This document shows, one piece after another, positions 37,467 through 49,817 of a DNA stretch of 64,000 nt; the first letter of the stretch is position 1, and each line of letters begins with the position of its first letter. The stretch is taken from the NCBI GenBank assembly GCA_963674735.2, contig CAXXQS010000001.1, positions 1,568,001 through 1,632,000 of the forward strand, read 5' to 3'. The notes beneath the pieces are model-generated. The model was not told where the DNA came from. It worked only from the letters and a program-made list of their open reading frames with translations, and made no database searches. Both the position numbers and the translations under genes were made by a program. The stretch comes from Myxococcota bacterium (GTDB lineage: Bacteria > Myxococcota_A > SURF-8).

Positions 37467-38744
37467 TTACATACGGCCAAGCGCCCGCTTGGCGATATCT
37501 TTTCGATAATGCACGTCTTTCCAGTCGATCAGACCCACGGCCTCATAACAACGCGCAAGCGTAGTCTCGATCGTGTCGCCGAGTGCCGTAACGCCCAACA
37601 CCCGTCCACCGCTGCTCTCCCAACCGCGCTCGCCGCGCCGGGTTCCGGCGTGAAACACCACCACATCATCCATGGCGTCCGCCGACTCGATCCCCGAAAT
37701 CGGCAGATTCTTCTCGTAAGAAGCCGGGTAACCACCCGAGGCCATCACGACGCAAACGGCCGGACGCGGATCCCACTGCGCCTCGACATCTTGCAATCGA
37801 CCTTCCGCCGTAGCCATGAGCAGTTCGGCGAAATCGGACGTCAATCGAGCCATAATGGGCTGTGTTTCAGGATCGCCGAAACGGCAATTGAATTCCAAAA
37901 CTTTCGGAACGCCATCGGAAGCGATCATCACCCCGGCATAAAGCACGCCGGAAAACGGACAGCCTTCCGCCGCCATGGCTTCGATGGTCGGAATCATGAC
38001 CTCGTTCATGATGCGTTTATGCATCTCGTCATCCACGACCGGCGCGGGAGAATACGCCCCCATTCCGCCTGTGTTCAACCCTTCATCGTTTTCGAAGACG
38101 CGCTTGTGATCCTGCGAACTGGCCATCGGCAAAACGGTCTTCCCATCCGTGAGCGCGATGAATGACGCTTCTTCACCCATCAGCATCTCTTCCACGACCA
38201 CCCGCTCACCCGCAGCGCCGAAAGCACGCTCGGTCATGATCGCCGCAATGGCATCACGGGCTTCCTGTTCGGTGTGGCAAATAAGAACGCCCTTACCCGC
38301 CGCCAGACCGTCCGCTTTCACCACCACCGGCAATCCGACACGTCCCACGGCGGCCAAAGCCCCCTCGGGAGTCGTACAGGTTTCGAATTTAGCCGTTGGA
38401 ATCGCATATTTTTGCATGAGATCCTTGGCAAAGGCTTTGCTACCCTCAAGTTGCGCCGCCAAAGCCGTCGGTCCGACGATCTTGAGCCCGCGCGCCTTAA
38501 ACGCATCCACCACACCCAACGCCAACGGATCTTCCGGTCCCACCATGGTGAGATCGATTCCTTCTTTCTCGGCAAAGTCGGTCAACGACTCGATATCGCT
38601 ACCTTTAATTGGAACGCAAGTCGCCAGCAACGCAATGGCATCGCTGCCCGGCGCGGCATAAAGCTTCGTCACCTGCGGGCTCTTCGACAAACGCCACGCC
38701 AATGCATGCTCGCGTCCACCACCGCCAATCACCAATACTTTCAT
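37467..38744 (-). CDS. purD: Phosphoribosylamine-glycine ligase
   Basis: MKVLVIGGGGREHALA, LEGSKAFAK, KADGLAAGKGV, QDHKR, NTGGMGAYSP and EFNCRFGDPETQ. Confidence 0.98.
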   Translation of the reverse strand: MKVLVIGGGGREHALAWRLSKSPQVTKLYAAPGSDAIALLATCVPIKGSDIESLTDFAEKEGIDLTMVGPEDPLALGVVDAFKARGLKIVGPTALAAQLEGSKAFAKDLMQKYAIPTAKFETCTTPEGALAAVGRVGLPVVVKADGLAAGKGVLICHTEQEARDAIAAIMTERAFGAAGERVVVEEMLMGEEASFIALTDGKTVLPMASSQDHKRVFENDEGLNTGGMGAYSPAPVVDDEMHKRIMNEVMIPTIEAMAAEGCPFSGVLYAGVMIASDGVPKVLEFNCRFGDPETQPIMARLTSDFAELLMATAEGRLQDVEAQWDPRPAVCVVMASGGYPASYEKNLPISGIESADAMDDVVVFHAGTRRGERGWESSGGRVLGVTALGDTIETTLARCYEAVGLIDWKDVHYRKDIAKRALGRM

Positions 38745-38789
38745 CAACGTCTCCTGTTATGCTTCCTTGATCCGATTCACGACGACTGC

Positions 38790-41309
38790 TTAAATGCGCG
38801 CCAGATAGCGAGCGTAGCGTACCTGTTGGGAATCGGGGTCCAATCGATAGGCCATGCGAGCCGCAACCCGCGCTTGTTCGATATCGCCTTCACGGGCGGA
38901 CAAAATAGCCAGCAAGGCTTGAATTCCGGCGTCCCCACCATGTACCTTGAGAATCAAAGTCAACCGGTCGATCGCTTCCCCCGGACGGTTTTGCAGGGCC
39001 AATACTTTGGAAAACAATCGATTTCCCAAGGCGTTATGGCGATCGCTCCCCAATATCTGCGAAAGATAATGCCGTGCGTCTCGAAGCTTGCCCTGTTTCA
39101 CCTGGACCAGCCCCATAATTGCATTCGCTGTGGCATCGCTTCCAATATTATCGAGAACCGCTCGCGCGCCATTTTCAGCCTCATTCGGGAGATTTAGCAG
39201 ATAGGCCGCCAAGGCCACGGCCCGGTTACGACGATCCAGGTCGACTTTGACCGCATCGACTTTCTTCAGCTTTTCCAAGAAAGCTTCTTCGTAGTCAAAA
39301 GTATCGGCCAGTAATCCGTGGCCGAGATGATCGTCCCAATAATCGACCGGATACCGATTGAGATGTTCGATGGCAGCGAAAGCGGAATTCACATTCAACG
39401 CATCGAGAAACAATTCCGCCAGAAGGAAATGAGCGTGGTAATAATCAGGAGCGACGGAAATGGCTTTTTTAAAGTGATCCGTAGCCGTTCGCAAATTACC
39501 CACATTCCGTTCAAACAGACCGGCCAACACCCAGGCCTCCGGTTTACCGGCGAAATCCAAGGTCAAACGCTCGATATCTCGGCGAATGTCGTCGCTATCC
39601 TCAACCCCTTCCGCCTGAGTGACGAGAGTCAACAGGTTCAAGTATAAAGCCGTGGGATCTTCCGGATCGAGCGAATGCGCCCGTTTTGCCATCAAAGCGC
39701 CTGTATCTCGATCATGATCGTGGAGCGCGAAAAAGGCCTGCGCAGCATACAAACGCACCTGCTGCGAGTTCGACCATTCCTCAACGCGCGCTGCGGGTAT
39801 CCCCGACAATTTGCTTCTCACAACATCCAGCGCCTGCTTTTGCCTGTAGGCCACAAAACCTTGACCGATCAAGCCTTCCGCGGAATCCGGCTGCCGAGCG
39901 GCCACCTGCTCGTAAACCGATCCGGCCCGCTCGTATTCACCGATCGAGAGATACATATCCGCCAGTTCAAGGCACAGCAGGCACTTCGACGAGTCGAGTT
40001 TACCGGCGATTTCCAGTGTTTCTTCCATCTTCGAAAAATTACCGATCCGATCGTATGCTTCCGCCAACGGTTTCAAGGCCGGGATAAATGACCGGCTTCT
40101 ATCAACCAGCTCAGAAAGACGCTCGATGGCCCGTTCGGGTTTTTCCGCCAATTCGGTTTGGGCCAGGACCACCATGTTTTCAGGATCCTGGTTGTTTAGA
40201 CGGTAAGCTTTCAAAGCCGACTCGTAAGCGCGGCTGTTCTGATTGATCAACAGATACAAACGCGCTTTTGCGCGATGCAGACCGGCGAGTTCTTCCGTGA
40301 CGGTAAGACCGTAATCGGCAATGTCGATCAGTTTGCGGACTTCATGCATGTTGCGGGGATTGGGATGAGTCAGCGCCCAGGTTTCGACATAACGTAAAAT
40401 GTTTCCAGGGTTTCGCGGATCCAAAACCAACGCCTGCCTGAAAATGTCGTGAGCCTTTTGATAAGCGCGGCTGTCATACGTTTTGTACAGGGTTTCCGCT
40501 TTTTTCATCATCTGCAAAGGATCGCCCGTCACTTCCGGATATTTTTTCACCATATCCAGCAGCGCTCTTTCGCCGGGATGTATCTGGTAAGACTTGGCGA
40601 CGTGGCTGCCCGACTCGACCAATCCGAAACGCTCGGGCATCAGAAATACGACTATCCCGATCAAACCCGCCAGCACGATGATCCACGTCACGAGCGATAC
40701 GCCGCTTCCTTTTGCCTGTGCGACCGTTTGGGGGACAAGAAGAGGATTTTGCAGTTTGGCGCTCTCTCTTGGATCCCGCACCGAATCGTCACGTAAATTC
40801 AACGTGCCTCCCAGACTCGGCATATTCGCTTTCAGATATTCACTGGCCGCTTCGGCGTTTGCGCTTAAAGGATCGACTTCCGGTTCCGATTCACGCTTGC
40901 GACCGGAACTCGGCGGAAGCGTTTGCGGACGCACGATTCGGCTTTTCATATCGAAAGGCAACCCACCTTTCGTTGCGGATTTGCGCATACTTTCGAGATG
41001 ATCCGAAATCGATCCCGTGTCATCACCCGTTTCCGTTTTGCCGTTTCTGAGCTTCGTCAGTTCGGCCATACCGGGCATGGAAGGCATTTCCGCCTTTTCC
41101 GGCTCGCTTGCGTATGTTTGATTTTGTGGGGAAGAGGAATCAGGGCCGGCGGGTTCAGGGGTTACGAAAAAGCGGGGATCCGCTGAATTCGGGTCCATTT
41201 CAAGTAGCATCCCAACCTTGCAATTGGGACAGCGTACACGCGCTTTACGGTGAATTTTCGCCTCATCAAAACGCAGAGTACTCCCGCATTTCCAACATTT
41301 GACTTTCAT
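38790..41309 (-). CDS. Zinc-ribbon (MJ0042-type) / single-TM / TPR protein
   Basis: N-terminal CWKC...VRCPNC, low-complexity linker, one TM helix, then many TPR-like repeats (AL.LDP.N). Confidence 0.8.
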   Translation of the reverse strand: MKVKCWKCGSTLRFDEAKIHRKARVRCPNCKVGMLLEMDPNSADPRFFVTPEPAGPDSSSPQNQTYASEPEKAEMPSMPGMAELTKLRNGKTETGDDTGSISDHLESMRKSATKGGLPFDMKSRIVRPQTLPPSSGRKRESEPEVDPLSANAEAASEYLKANMPSLGGTLNLRDDSVRDPRESAKLQNPLLVPQTVAQAKGSGVSLVTWIIVLAGLIGIVVFLMPERFGLVESGSHVAKSYQIHPGERALLDMVKKYPEVTGDPLQMMKKAETLYKTYDSRAYQKAHDIFRQALVLDPRNPGNILRYVETWALTHPNPRNMHEVRKLIDIADYGLTVTEELAGLHRAKARLYLLINQNSRAYESALKAYRLNNQDPENMVVLAQTELAEKPERAIERLSELVDRSRSFIPALKPLAEAYDRIGNFSKMEETLEIAGKLDSSKCLLCLELADMYLSIGEYERAGSVYEQVAARQPDSAEGLIGQGFVAYRQKQALDVVRSKLSGIPAARVEEWSNSQQVRLYAAQAFFALHDHDRDTGALMAKRAHSLDPEDPTALYLNLLTLVTQAEGVEDSDDIRRDIERLTLDFAGKPEAWVLAGLFERNVGNLRTATDHFKKAISVAPDYYHAHFLLAELFLDALNVNSAFAAIEHLNRYPVDYWDDHLGHGLLADTFDYEEAFLEKLKKVDAVKVDLDRRNRAVALAAYLLNLPNEAENGARAVLDNIGSDATANAIMGLVQVKQGKLRDARHYLSQILGSDRHNALGNRLFSKVLALQNRPGEAIDRLTLILKVHGGDAGIQALLAILSAREGDIEQARVAARMAYRLDPDSQQVRYARYLARI

Positions 41310-41463
41310 ACCGCTTCCTCACCCTTGCGATGGAGCCAAGCCGGAGACACATCCATCACCGGCGCTTTCGAATCTTCGCCGGGTGCATGTTGTGCACATG
41401 GTTGGCTCTTTTACCACCTTTGGGCAAAAGCGTCAATCCCCCCTTACTGAGAAATAGTAATGA

Positions 41464-41962
41464 TCAGGCGATGAAATCTTTGAGGTTATTCTTGCGGGTC
41501 TGGTGCCGCAATTTAGTCAACCCTTTCACCTCGACCTGGCGGATGCGTTCACGGGTAAGATTGAGTATTTCACCCACTTCTTCCAGGGTAATACCTCCAC
41601 GGTCGGCCACGTCCAGAGCACAGGTCTCCTTCATTTCCCACACTTCTTTGTCGGGAAAATTGAACTTGATCGAACCGGTATCCTGATTGACATCAAGATA
41701 GAGGTGATGCTTGCAAGAAACGAACAGACAAGGACGCTGCGCGCTCTGGCAATCGCAACGCGAATGCGGACGAATCGCGTCGGCATAGCGAATCCACTCG
41801 CAAACCGTGGGATCTTCGTTTTCCTTCAACAAGACTTCCAGCTCAGACCGCGTCAGATTCGCTTTGCGCTTCAACGATGCGATCGAAACATCGCGTTTAC
41901 GCCCGCTGCTTGTCTTTTTTAGACGGGGGTTGTTCCCATTCAACTTTTCGCAAACTTCCATC
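41464..41962 (-). CDS. Cys-rich protein with a C-terminal sigma70 region-4 HTH
   Basis: C-terminal [20 protein letters not shown] is nearly the RpoD region 4.2 sequence. It is preceded by CDC...[11 protein letters not shown]...TCALD. Start uncertain (ORF track 42021; ATG at about 41962 has GAGGAG upstream). Confidence 0.75.
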
Positions 41963-42040
41963 GGCAACTCTCCTCGGTTTTCAGTCAGATTCCTAATGCC
42001 TTTTTCCGACTGGATTGTCAATACCCAAATTTGGGTTTTT

Positions 42041-42535
42041 TTACTCGCCGAGGAACGACGTTTCCAATTTTTCGAGAGTCAGAACCACTTTAGTGATATT
42101 TTTGCCCAGTCCTTCAAGGTCTCGCGCGAGCTGAACGTCGTGGCGATCCTTCTTTCCTTTGGCCTCTTCCTGGACCCGCAGGTCCGTTTCTACATCTTGC
42201 AAAATCCGAGCGGCTTCTTCGACTTTCTGGCGCATCGAGAAATAAGATCCGCGCAGTTGTTCGAGCGTCAAATCACCGGAGATCATTCTCTTAATGGAAT
42301 TAATCCGTTCGACCGTCGAGGCCGGATACAAACCGCGGGATCCCCGATGTTTCCCCTTTTGACCGACCCGGCGGCAACGCTCAACCAGTCCCATCTGGAC
42401 ATATTTTCTGAAAGTCGCCTCGGAAAACTTCACGCCGCGGCTTTGAAAAATCTTCACGATATCGCGAGAAGGAATACCTTCCGGATATTTTTCATAAACT
42501 TTTTTCAGCTCCGCCTTCGTCAGCAACATGCCCAT
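42041..42535 (-). CDS. MerR-like HTH DNA-binding protein with C-terminal coiled coil
   Basis: [14 protein letters not shown]....RV..KG...GS.GLY....VERI..IK......TLEQL. AAGGAG RBS. Confidence 0.7.
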   Translation of the reverse strand: MGMLLTKAELKKVYEKYPEGIPSRDIVKIFQSRGVKFSEATFRKYVQMGLVERCRRVGQKGKHRGSRGLYPASTVERINSIKRMISGDLTLEQLRGSYFSMRQKVEEAARILQDVETDLRVQEEAKGKKDRHDVQLARDLEGLGKNITKVVLTLEKLETSFLGE

Positions 42536-42597
42536 GATTGGCTCCTTTATCCCGTATTGTTATTGATTATCAGTTTATATTCTTAAACTATACACTA

Positions 42598-42626
42598 ATT
42601 GTATTCCATAGCCTGTACAGAGTCAA
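42598..42626 (-). promoter_or_regulatory. sigma70 promoter for the MerR-like/sigma4 gene pair
   Basis: Minus strand TTGACT-N17-TACAAT within an AT-rich region. Confidence 0.65.
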
Positions 42627-42805
42627 GTAATTTGTTTTAACTATTTTCTACTATGTGTAATTATACTAAATTTTATATAGTTAAGGATAATAATATTTCC
42701 CGAGTGCCTGCCCCTTTTCAAATTCTCTCTGATTCTCGATTTGTTGGCAGCAACGAACAGGGAAGACAAAACCCAGACTGGGAAAGAATTTCGGGGATAA
42801 ACCGG

Positions 42806-43954
<1,149 letters not shown>

Positions 43955-45034
43955 CTACAGAATCAGCATGGCATCGCCATAACTGTAGAAGCGGTATTTC
44001 TCTTCAATGGCGATCTCATAGGCTCGGTCCATCAGGCCCTTGCCCATAAACGTCGCCACCAGCATCAGAAGAGACGACTTGGGCAGGTGGAAATTCGTAA
44101 TCATCGCGTCCACCAGATGGAAGCTGTCCCCGGGACGAATGAACAGGTCGGTATCGGCTTCGTGAGCCCGCCAGCGATTGCGACGCGCGGCGGTTTCCAG
44201 TGCCCGGACGGTGGTCGTGCCCACGGCAATCACCCGGGAACCGCGCGCCTTGGCGGCATCGATCGCTTCGATGGTCTCGCTGGGAAGGCGGTAACGCTCG
44301 GAATGCAGGCTGACCATGCTTAGATCTTCCTCACGGATCGGCTGAAACGTGCCGAGCCCGACATGCAAGGTGACCTTGGCCACCGATACCCCGCGTGCCT
44401 TGAGCGTTTTAAACAGCTCGTCGGTAAAATGCAGTCCGGCCGTCGGGGCCGCCACCGCACCGCGGTTGGATGCATAGACGGTTTGGTAGCGTTCGCGGTC
44501 TTCTTCGCGTTGATCTTCGGTGGACTGCCGGGAGATGTAAGGAGGCAAGGGAATCCCGCCCACACGCTCGACCAGCGCCATCGGGTCGCCGTCGCAGAGA
44601 ATGCGGACTTGCCACAGACCGTCGTCGAGGTCTTCCTCCAGTTCCACCTCACCCCCGCCGATATCGATCCGTTGGCCCATCCGGGCGCGCCCACTCATCT
44701 TGATCAGCGCTTCCCAGCGTCCATCGGACAACGGCTTGGATAAAAAGACTTCGACACGACCGCCGGTGGGTTTCTTTCCCTCCAAGCGTGCCGGAATCAC
44801 ACGTGTATCGTTCACGACCAGCAGGTCACCCTCTTCCAAAAAGCTGGGCAAGTCGGAAAAGCGCCGATGCAAAACCCGGCCCAACGATCGATTGACGGCC
44901 ATCAGACGGCTCTGATCACGACGGTCCATCGGTTGCTGTGCAATCAATTCCGGCGGAAGATCGTAATTGTAACTGCGTAGACGATCCGTCCGTTGTTTGA
45001 GATGGGACGGTTTAATCGTTGGAATATCGCTCAT
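43955..45034 (-). CDS. queA: S-adenosylmethionine:tRNA ribosyltransferase-isomerase
   Basis: LP.ELIAQ.P, NDTRVIPARL, PLPPYI, AAPTAGLHFT, TLHVG.GTF, TNFHLP.S and YRFYSYGDAMLI. Confidence 0.98.
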   Translation of the reverse strand: MSDIPTIKPSHLKQRTDRLRSYNYDLPPELIAQQPMDRRDQSRLMAVNRSLGRVLHRRFSDLPSFLEEGDLLVVNDTRVIPARLEGKKPTGGRVEVFLSKPLSDGRWEALIKMSGRARMGQRIDIGGGEVELEEDLDDGLWQVRILCDGDPMALVERVGGIPLPPYISRQSTEDQREEDRERYQTVYASNRGAVAAPTAGLHFTDELFKTLKARGVSVAKVTLHVGLGTFQPIREEDLSMVSLHSERYRLPSETIEAIDAAKARGSRVIAVGTTTVRALETAARRNRWRAHEADTDLFIRPGDSFHLVDAMITNFHLPKSSLLMLVATFMGKGLMDRAYEIAIEEKYRFYSYGDAMLIL

Positions 45035-45063
45035 GGTGGATTGTCGTTCTATGTGCGTCGCAT

Positions 45064-45678
45064 TCAGAACTGGGTGATAAACGAAATGTCGCCCTTCCCC
45101 TCACGCAAGATCACGGGGGGTTCGACACTGAGATCGATGATGCTGGAGGGAAACGGGAGAATGATTCCCGCATCGATGACGAGATCGACCAAGTGGCCTA
45201 GCCGGTCTTCGATTTCCCAGGATTCGCTCATGATTTCTTCATCCGGCAACCCTACCGAAGTGGTAATGATGGGATGCCCGAGTTCTTCCACGATCGCGGT
45301 GGCAACCGGATTCTCCGGCATACGAACGCCGATGGTCTTCTGTTTCGTCATCATGATGCGTGGAACCAGCTGGGTCGCTTTCAAAATGAAGGTATACGGA
45401 CCGGGCAGACACCGTTTCATCAGTTTGTAAGACTGATTGGTAACATGCCCGTATTGGCTGAACGTTTGCAGATCCGAACAAATCAGAGACAGAAGCTTGT
45501 CTTTGGGCATCCGTTTGATCGCCAGAATCTTCTCCATGGCGCGCTTATTGAAGAGGTCGCAACCGAAGCCATAGGTGGTATCGGTCGGATAAACGATAAT
45601 GCCCCCGCGTTTGATCACATCCACCACTTGCCGGATCTTGCGCGGCTGGGGATGTTCGGTGCTGATCGGCAACAGCAT
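45064..45678 (-). CDS. yciO: YciO-like Sua5/YrdC-family paralog
   Basis: HPQPR.I, YPTDTTYG.GC, LPGPYTFIL.AT..VP and IGVRMP; lacks the KxR and SxN motifs of TsaC. Confidence 0.8.
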   Translation of the reverse strand: MLLPISTEHPQPRKIRQVVDVIKRGGIIVYPTDTTYGFGCDLFNKRAMEKILAIKRMPKDKLLSLICSDLQTFSQYGHVTNQSYKLMKRCLPGPYTFILKATQLVPRIMMTKQKTIGVRMPENPVATAIVEELGHPIITTSVGLPDEEIMSESWEIEDRLGHLVDLVIDAGIILPFPSSIIDLSVEPPVILREGKGDISFITQF

Positions 45679-45768
45679 ACCGGCTCCTTTATCAGTTCTC
45701 TGGTCAATTTGCGGCACCGTCCCGTAACGCGAATAGGTAACCTCGAAACGGGAAAAAGGCAAGCGAAA

Positions 45769-46665
45769 TTACGGGTCGGTCAATTTCCAGCGGCGATGCA
45801 ACCACAACCAAAGCCCCGGACGACGGCGGATGGCCGCTTCCAAAGCCTGATTATAGGCCTGAGTGGTGAGTTGAAGTTGCGTATCGAAATCGTTGGCCGA
45901 AACAGGGTCAATCGCGTTCCCCACCTCCATCACATGCCGGAGCCCGCCGCCTCGATAAAGGAACACCGGCACAACCGGTGCGCCGGTTTCGATGGACAAC
46001 CGGGCCAATCCCGAAGACGTTGCGGCGGGACGTCCGAAAAACTCGACGGCCAATCCGCGCGGTCCGGGCATATGTTGATCGAGAACAAAGCCCACCACGC
46101 CGCCCTGCCGCAGATGATCGGTCAGGTCATTCCAACAATCCCGCTCCGGTAAAATCGTGATTCCGCAGGCACGACGGCTTTCCATCCAATAGCGGTTCAA
46201 CCAGTCGGGCTTGATCGTCTTTGAAAGAATGGCCAGATTGTGTCCGAAAAGCGCCTGAGAGCACGCCAGAAGGTCCCAATTGCCGAAATGAGCCGTCAGC
46301 ACCAGAACTCCCCGGCCTTTGGCTTCAGCGACGGAAAAACGGCTATAGTGCCGCCGGTCGATCCGTTCCAACACTCGCTCGGGGCGTTTGGGGTCGAGGT
46401 ACAGGAATTCCACCAGATTGAGCCCGAGGTTTTCGAAAACCTCGCGAGCGGCACGGCGTCGCTCCGCGCGGCTGCAATCGGCGCCCAGGGCCTCATCGAG
46501 TTGACGGAGAACCAGGCGACGCCGGATCGGGATGAGATAATACCAGATCCAGCCCAACGCGCGGCCGATTGCCGACAGGACCGGTTTGGGAAGGAAACGA
46601 ATCAAGACCGCCAAGCCGCTCAAACAAACCAGGGCGGCCCGGCTAACCCACATGCAACACCTCAC
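45769..46665 (-). CDS. lpxL: Lipid A late acyltransferase (LpxL/HtrB family)
   Basis: TAHFGNWD, DQ...G..V.FFG.PA.T and WLWLHRRWK. Confidence 0.85.
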   Translation of the reverse strand: MRCCMWVSRAALVCLSGLAVLIRFLPKPVLSAIGRALGWIWYYLIPIRRRLVLRQLDEALGADCSRAERRRAAREVFENLGLNLVEFLYLDPKRPERVLERIDRRHYSRFSVAEAKGRGVLVLTAHFGNWDLLACSQALFGHNLAILSKTIKPDWLNRYWMESRRACGITILPERDCWNDLTDHLRQGGVVGFVLDQHMPGPRGLAVEFFGRPAATSSGLARLSIETGAPVVPVFLYRGGGLRHVMEVGNAIDPVSANDFDTQLQLTTQAYNQALEAAIRRRPGLWLWLHRRWKLTDP

Positions 46666-47704
46666 CGATCCGTTCCCATATCGCTTCTTCCCCGCTCAGC
46701 AGCTTCATCCGAATACGTGGGTAGTAAACCGGCAACCCACGCAATTTAGCGATACGGATACGCACCGAGTCTTTCTCGGTTGTAATCAGACCGTCGGCAC
46801 CGGCGTTTAAGGCCTCTTCTTTGACATCGTGCAGTTGACGGCCTGTAAAGTAGTGATGGTCGGCAAAGAAACGATGCCCGCTGATTTTAAGATCATATTC
46901 AGCCAGCGTATCCAACAACCGTTCCGGATGGGCGATTCCGCTGAAAGCATACAAGGGGTGGTGGCGCAATTCTTCGCGGTCGATTTCGACCCCCCCCGTA
47001 CAGTCGATAAATGCATCGACCTCATAACGCGCCGTAGCCAACACCGCCGTCGGATTCACACGCCGCAACCAATCGAGATCCACCCGATGACCGCCATCCG
47101 CTTCACAATATGTAATAACAACAATATCCGCACGCGAGATCGTCTCGGCGGGCTCACGAAGCGGTCCGCTCGGTAACACTTGCAAATCCGGGGGGTTGTC
47201 CCTGCCATCAAGCAACACGATATCCACATCCCGATGCAGTTCCACATGCTGGAAACCGTCGTCCATCAGAAAAAGGTCTACCGGATCGCTGTTGAGTGCA
47301 TTCAAACCGGCACGGTAGCGGTTGGGTCCGACGTTGATCGCGACTTTCTTCAAACGCCGCGCCATCATCACCGGTTCATCACCGAAAAACAGGGCGGCTC
47401 TATCATCCAATTGGTTGGCCTTCGGCAAACGCAGATAGGTGCGTGCATTCTTTCGGCCATACCCACGACTTAGAATCGCCACGTGGCACCACTCGGAAAG
47501 CTTGTCGCACAGGTACAGAACCATCGGCGTCTTGCCGGTCCCCCCGACAACGAGATTCCCCACCGACACCACCGGTCGGGGGAGCTTTCGGAGAGGACGC
47601 CGACCTTCTTCGTAGGCCTGTCGCCGCGCTGCCGCCGCGCCACGGTACAATTCCGCCACCGGGCCCAGCCAGCGGCTATACCACTTATCCGAGTTCGCCG
47701 CCAA
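46643..47704 (-). CDS. lpxK: Tetraacyldisaccharide 4'-kinase
   Basis: VSVGNLVVGGTGKTP, LSRGY, GDEP, DDGFQH, LP.GPLRE, F.DHH and TTEKD. Confidence 0.95.
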   Translation of the reverse strand: MAANSDKWYSRWLGPVAELYRGAAAARRQAYEEGRRPLRKLPRPVVSVGNLVVGGTGKTPMVLYLCDKLSEWCHVAILSRGYGRKNARTYLRLPKANQLDDRAALFFGDEPVMMARRLKKVAINVGPNRYRAGLNALNSDPVDLFLMDDGFQHVELHRDVDIVLLDGRDNPPDLQVLPSGPLREPAETISRADIVVITYCEADGGHRVDLDWLRRVNPTAVLATARYEVDAFIDCTGGVEIDREELRHHPLYAFSGIAHPERLLDTLAEYDLKISGHRFFADHHYFTGRQLHDVKEEALNAGADGLITTEKDSVRIRIAKLRGLPVYYPRIRMKLLSGEEAIWERIGEVLHVG

Positions 47705-48953
47705 AAGGGTCGCCTCCGTTCAAAATCTCACGTACAATCGCCACATTACGTCGGGTCGTGCCCACATGTTGAATCAGGTGGTTTTTCGCCAGCCTGACAT
47801 TTTCCTCCACCTTGTCCCACTCGTCCAACACAATGGCCGCCACACGAGCGATGTCGTCGGCATCGGTGACGACACTCAAGGCACCCAATTCGTCCAACAG
47901 CGTCACCCAGGGAGCCCAATTCGCATGATACCGTCCGGTCAAGACCGGTGTCATCTGTAAAATCGGCTCCAAGATATTATGACCGCCGCGATCGACCAGG
48001 CTCCCGCCGACGAAGGCCACAGCCGCCCGCTCATACCACCGTTCCATGCGGCCGAACCCATCCTCCACGATCACGTCCACGGATAGATCCGTTTCAGCCT
48101 TCTGCGAGGCCAACCCCACCCTGAATCCGCGCTCGGCGACCAACTCGGCCACCCCTTTCGCCCGTCTACCGTGACGGGGCGCTAAAATCAATTGTAACCC
48201 AGGAACAAAGTCGCGCAATTGCACGAAAGCGTCAAGTAGAATTTCATCTTCCCCGCTGTGAGTACTCACCGCCAGCAGGGCCTGCCCGCGAACTTTGGTC
48301 TGACGTTTGCGCACCGCAGCCGTCGCGACCCGATCAATTTTCATTTCTCCGGTTACCAGCATTCGCTCGATGGGGATCCCCAAGTCCTCTAAATTCTTGA
48401 GGTCGTCATCGATCCGCGTACAGTAATAGACTTGCTGCAGATAGCCTCCCAGCACCCGATTCAACTGCCGATAAGGATCGATGGAAGCGGGCGCGAGACG
48501 GGCATTGATCACCAGAACAGGTACTCCCCGACGCCTCGCCAGATCGAATAAGCCGGGCCACAGCTCCATCTCGATTGTCACAATGGCTTGCGGTTTGAAC
48601 TCGCGAAACAGCTTGTCGAGCGCCGGGTAGGTATCGAAGGGATAACGACGCACGAAGGCCCATGGTCCGCCGCTGGAAGCCTGCATGCCGCTTTCGGTAT
48701 TGGTGGTGAGCAGCAGACGCGCCCCCGTCTCGGCGGCCAGAAAGTCGGCGGCAAACTTATTGGCCAGTTGCACTTCACCGGCGCTGGCTGCGTGCACCCA
48801 CAAACGCGGACCGGCCCCGCCCGATTCGTCAAGTCGGATCGTTTCGGGCCAGAATCGTCGCAAGAGTCCCGGACGCAAGTCGGAGCGCCAAAGACCTAGC
48901 CCTAAAAGCGGAGCGATCGCCGCCGTTGACAACCAAGGATACCAGCGTTTCAT
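47685..48953 (-). CDS. waaA: 3-deoxy-D-manno-octulosonate (Kdo) transferase
   Basis: WVHAASAGE, PFD, E.ELWP, INAR, STH.GE, LAPRH and FVGGSL...GGHNILEP. Confidence 0.93.
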   Translation of the reverse strand: MKRWYPWLSTAAIAPLLGLGLWRSDLRPGLLRRFWPETIRLDESGGAGPRLWVHAASAGEVQLANKFAADFLAAETGARLLLTTNTESGMQASSGGPWAFVRRYPFDTYPALDKLFREFKPQAIVTIEMELWPGLFDLARRRGVPVLVINARLAPASIDPYRQLNRVLGGYLQQVYYCTRIDDDLKNLEDLGIPIERMLVTGEMKIDRVATAAVRKRQTKVRGQALLAVSTHSGEDEILLDAFVQLRDFVPGLQLILAPRHGRRAKGVAELVAERGFRVGLASQKAETDLSVDVIVEDGFGRMERWYERAAVAFVGGSLVDRGGHNILEPILQMTPVLTGRYHANWAPWVTLLDELGALSVVTDADDIARVAAIVLDEWDKVEENVRLAKNHLIQHVGTTRRNVAIVREILNGGDPFGGELG

Positions 48954-49690
48954 ACACCCTCGTTATCTTCATCATCCGAAAGGATATCCGCACCGGGGTT
49001 TTCCTCCGGTCGGACCATGCTTTCGGCGTAATGGGTCAGTTCCTTCAATCGTCTTTCCAATTCGGCGCGCATCCGCTCGAATCCATCGGGATCGATGTCC
49101 ACGTCTACCGTCATCGGTTCGCCCTCAACGATCACCACTTTCGAAAAAGGCCAGGGAATTTCATACTGATCCCAGCTTTTACCTAATACACTCCGATAAG
49201 CGGACGAAGCGGCCAGGGGTATGATCACGCCCCCGGAATCGCGCGCCAGGCTCAAAATACCCGGTTTCACCACATGATAGGGGCCGCGCGAGCCATCCAC
49301 CGCCAAAGCGGCATGACAGCCCTTCAGAACGAACTCCGTCATTTCAAACAGCGCCTCACGACCCCGACGTCCCGGAGAACCGCGCACCACCGAAAACCCC
49401 ATCAAGCGGAGAAATTCGGCCTGCCACTCGCCATCCTTCGATAGTGACGCCATCTGCACAAGCGGCCTCGGGGCGGAATAACCGAACAAAGCCAGTTGCT
49501 GGCCGTGAAAAAACGCATACAAAACCGGCTGCCCGCGCTCGATCGCCAATAGACTGTGCTGACGGTCCACCATCCGAATACGCAAAAGACGTATCCAGAT
49601 GCGGATCACAATAAAAGCCAGAAAAGCCAATAAACGTCGAATCATGGGGGTCGTCCACTTCCCTCCGCCCAATTTGCAGAAGCGACTCAT
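48950..49690 (-). CDS. DUF374-family lysophospholipid acyltransferase (LpxJ-like)
   Basis: FFHG, S.SKDGE, RGS, DGSRGP...KPG...LA and SWD...IPWPFS. Start may be the ATG at about 49645. Confidence 0.8.
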   Translation of the reverse strand: MSRFCKLGGGKWTTPMIRRLLAFLAFIVIRIWIRLLRIRMVDRQHSLLAIERGQPVLYAFFHGQQLALFGYSAPRPLVQMASLSKDGEWQAEFLRLMGFSVVRGSPGRRGREALFEMTEFVLKGCHAALAVDGSRGPYHVVKPGILSLARDSGGVIIPLAASSAYRSVLGKSWDQYEIPWPFSKVVIVEGEPMTVDVDIDPDGFERMRAELERRLKELTHYAESMVRPEENPGADILSDDEDNEGV

Positions 49691-49744
49691 GTTACCCGAT
49701 CCGGTGGGTTTTGCAAGAAAAGCAGTTAAATCGCCGGCTTCACC

Positions 49745-49772
49745 TTGACGGGACAGGCGCGGTACGTATAAT
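49745..49772 (+). promoter_or_regulatory. sigma70 promoter of aspS
   Basis: TTGACG-N16-TATAAT, with an AGGAGG RBS before the ATG at 49818. Confidence 0.65.
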
Positions 49773-49817
49773 CAGGGCCTCATTTCAGGCGCGCACGCGC
49801 GGATCAGGAGGACGAAC

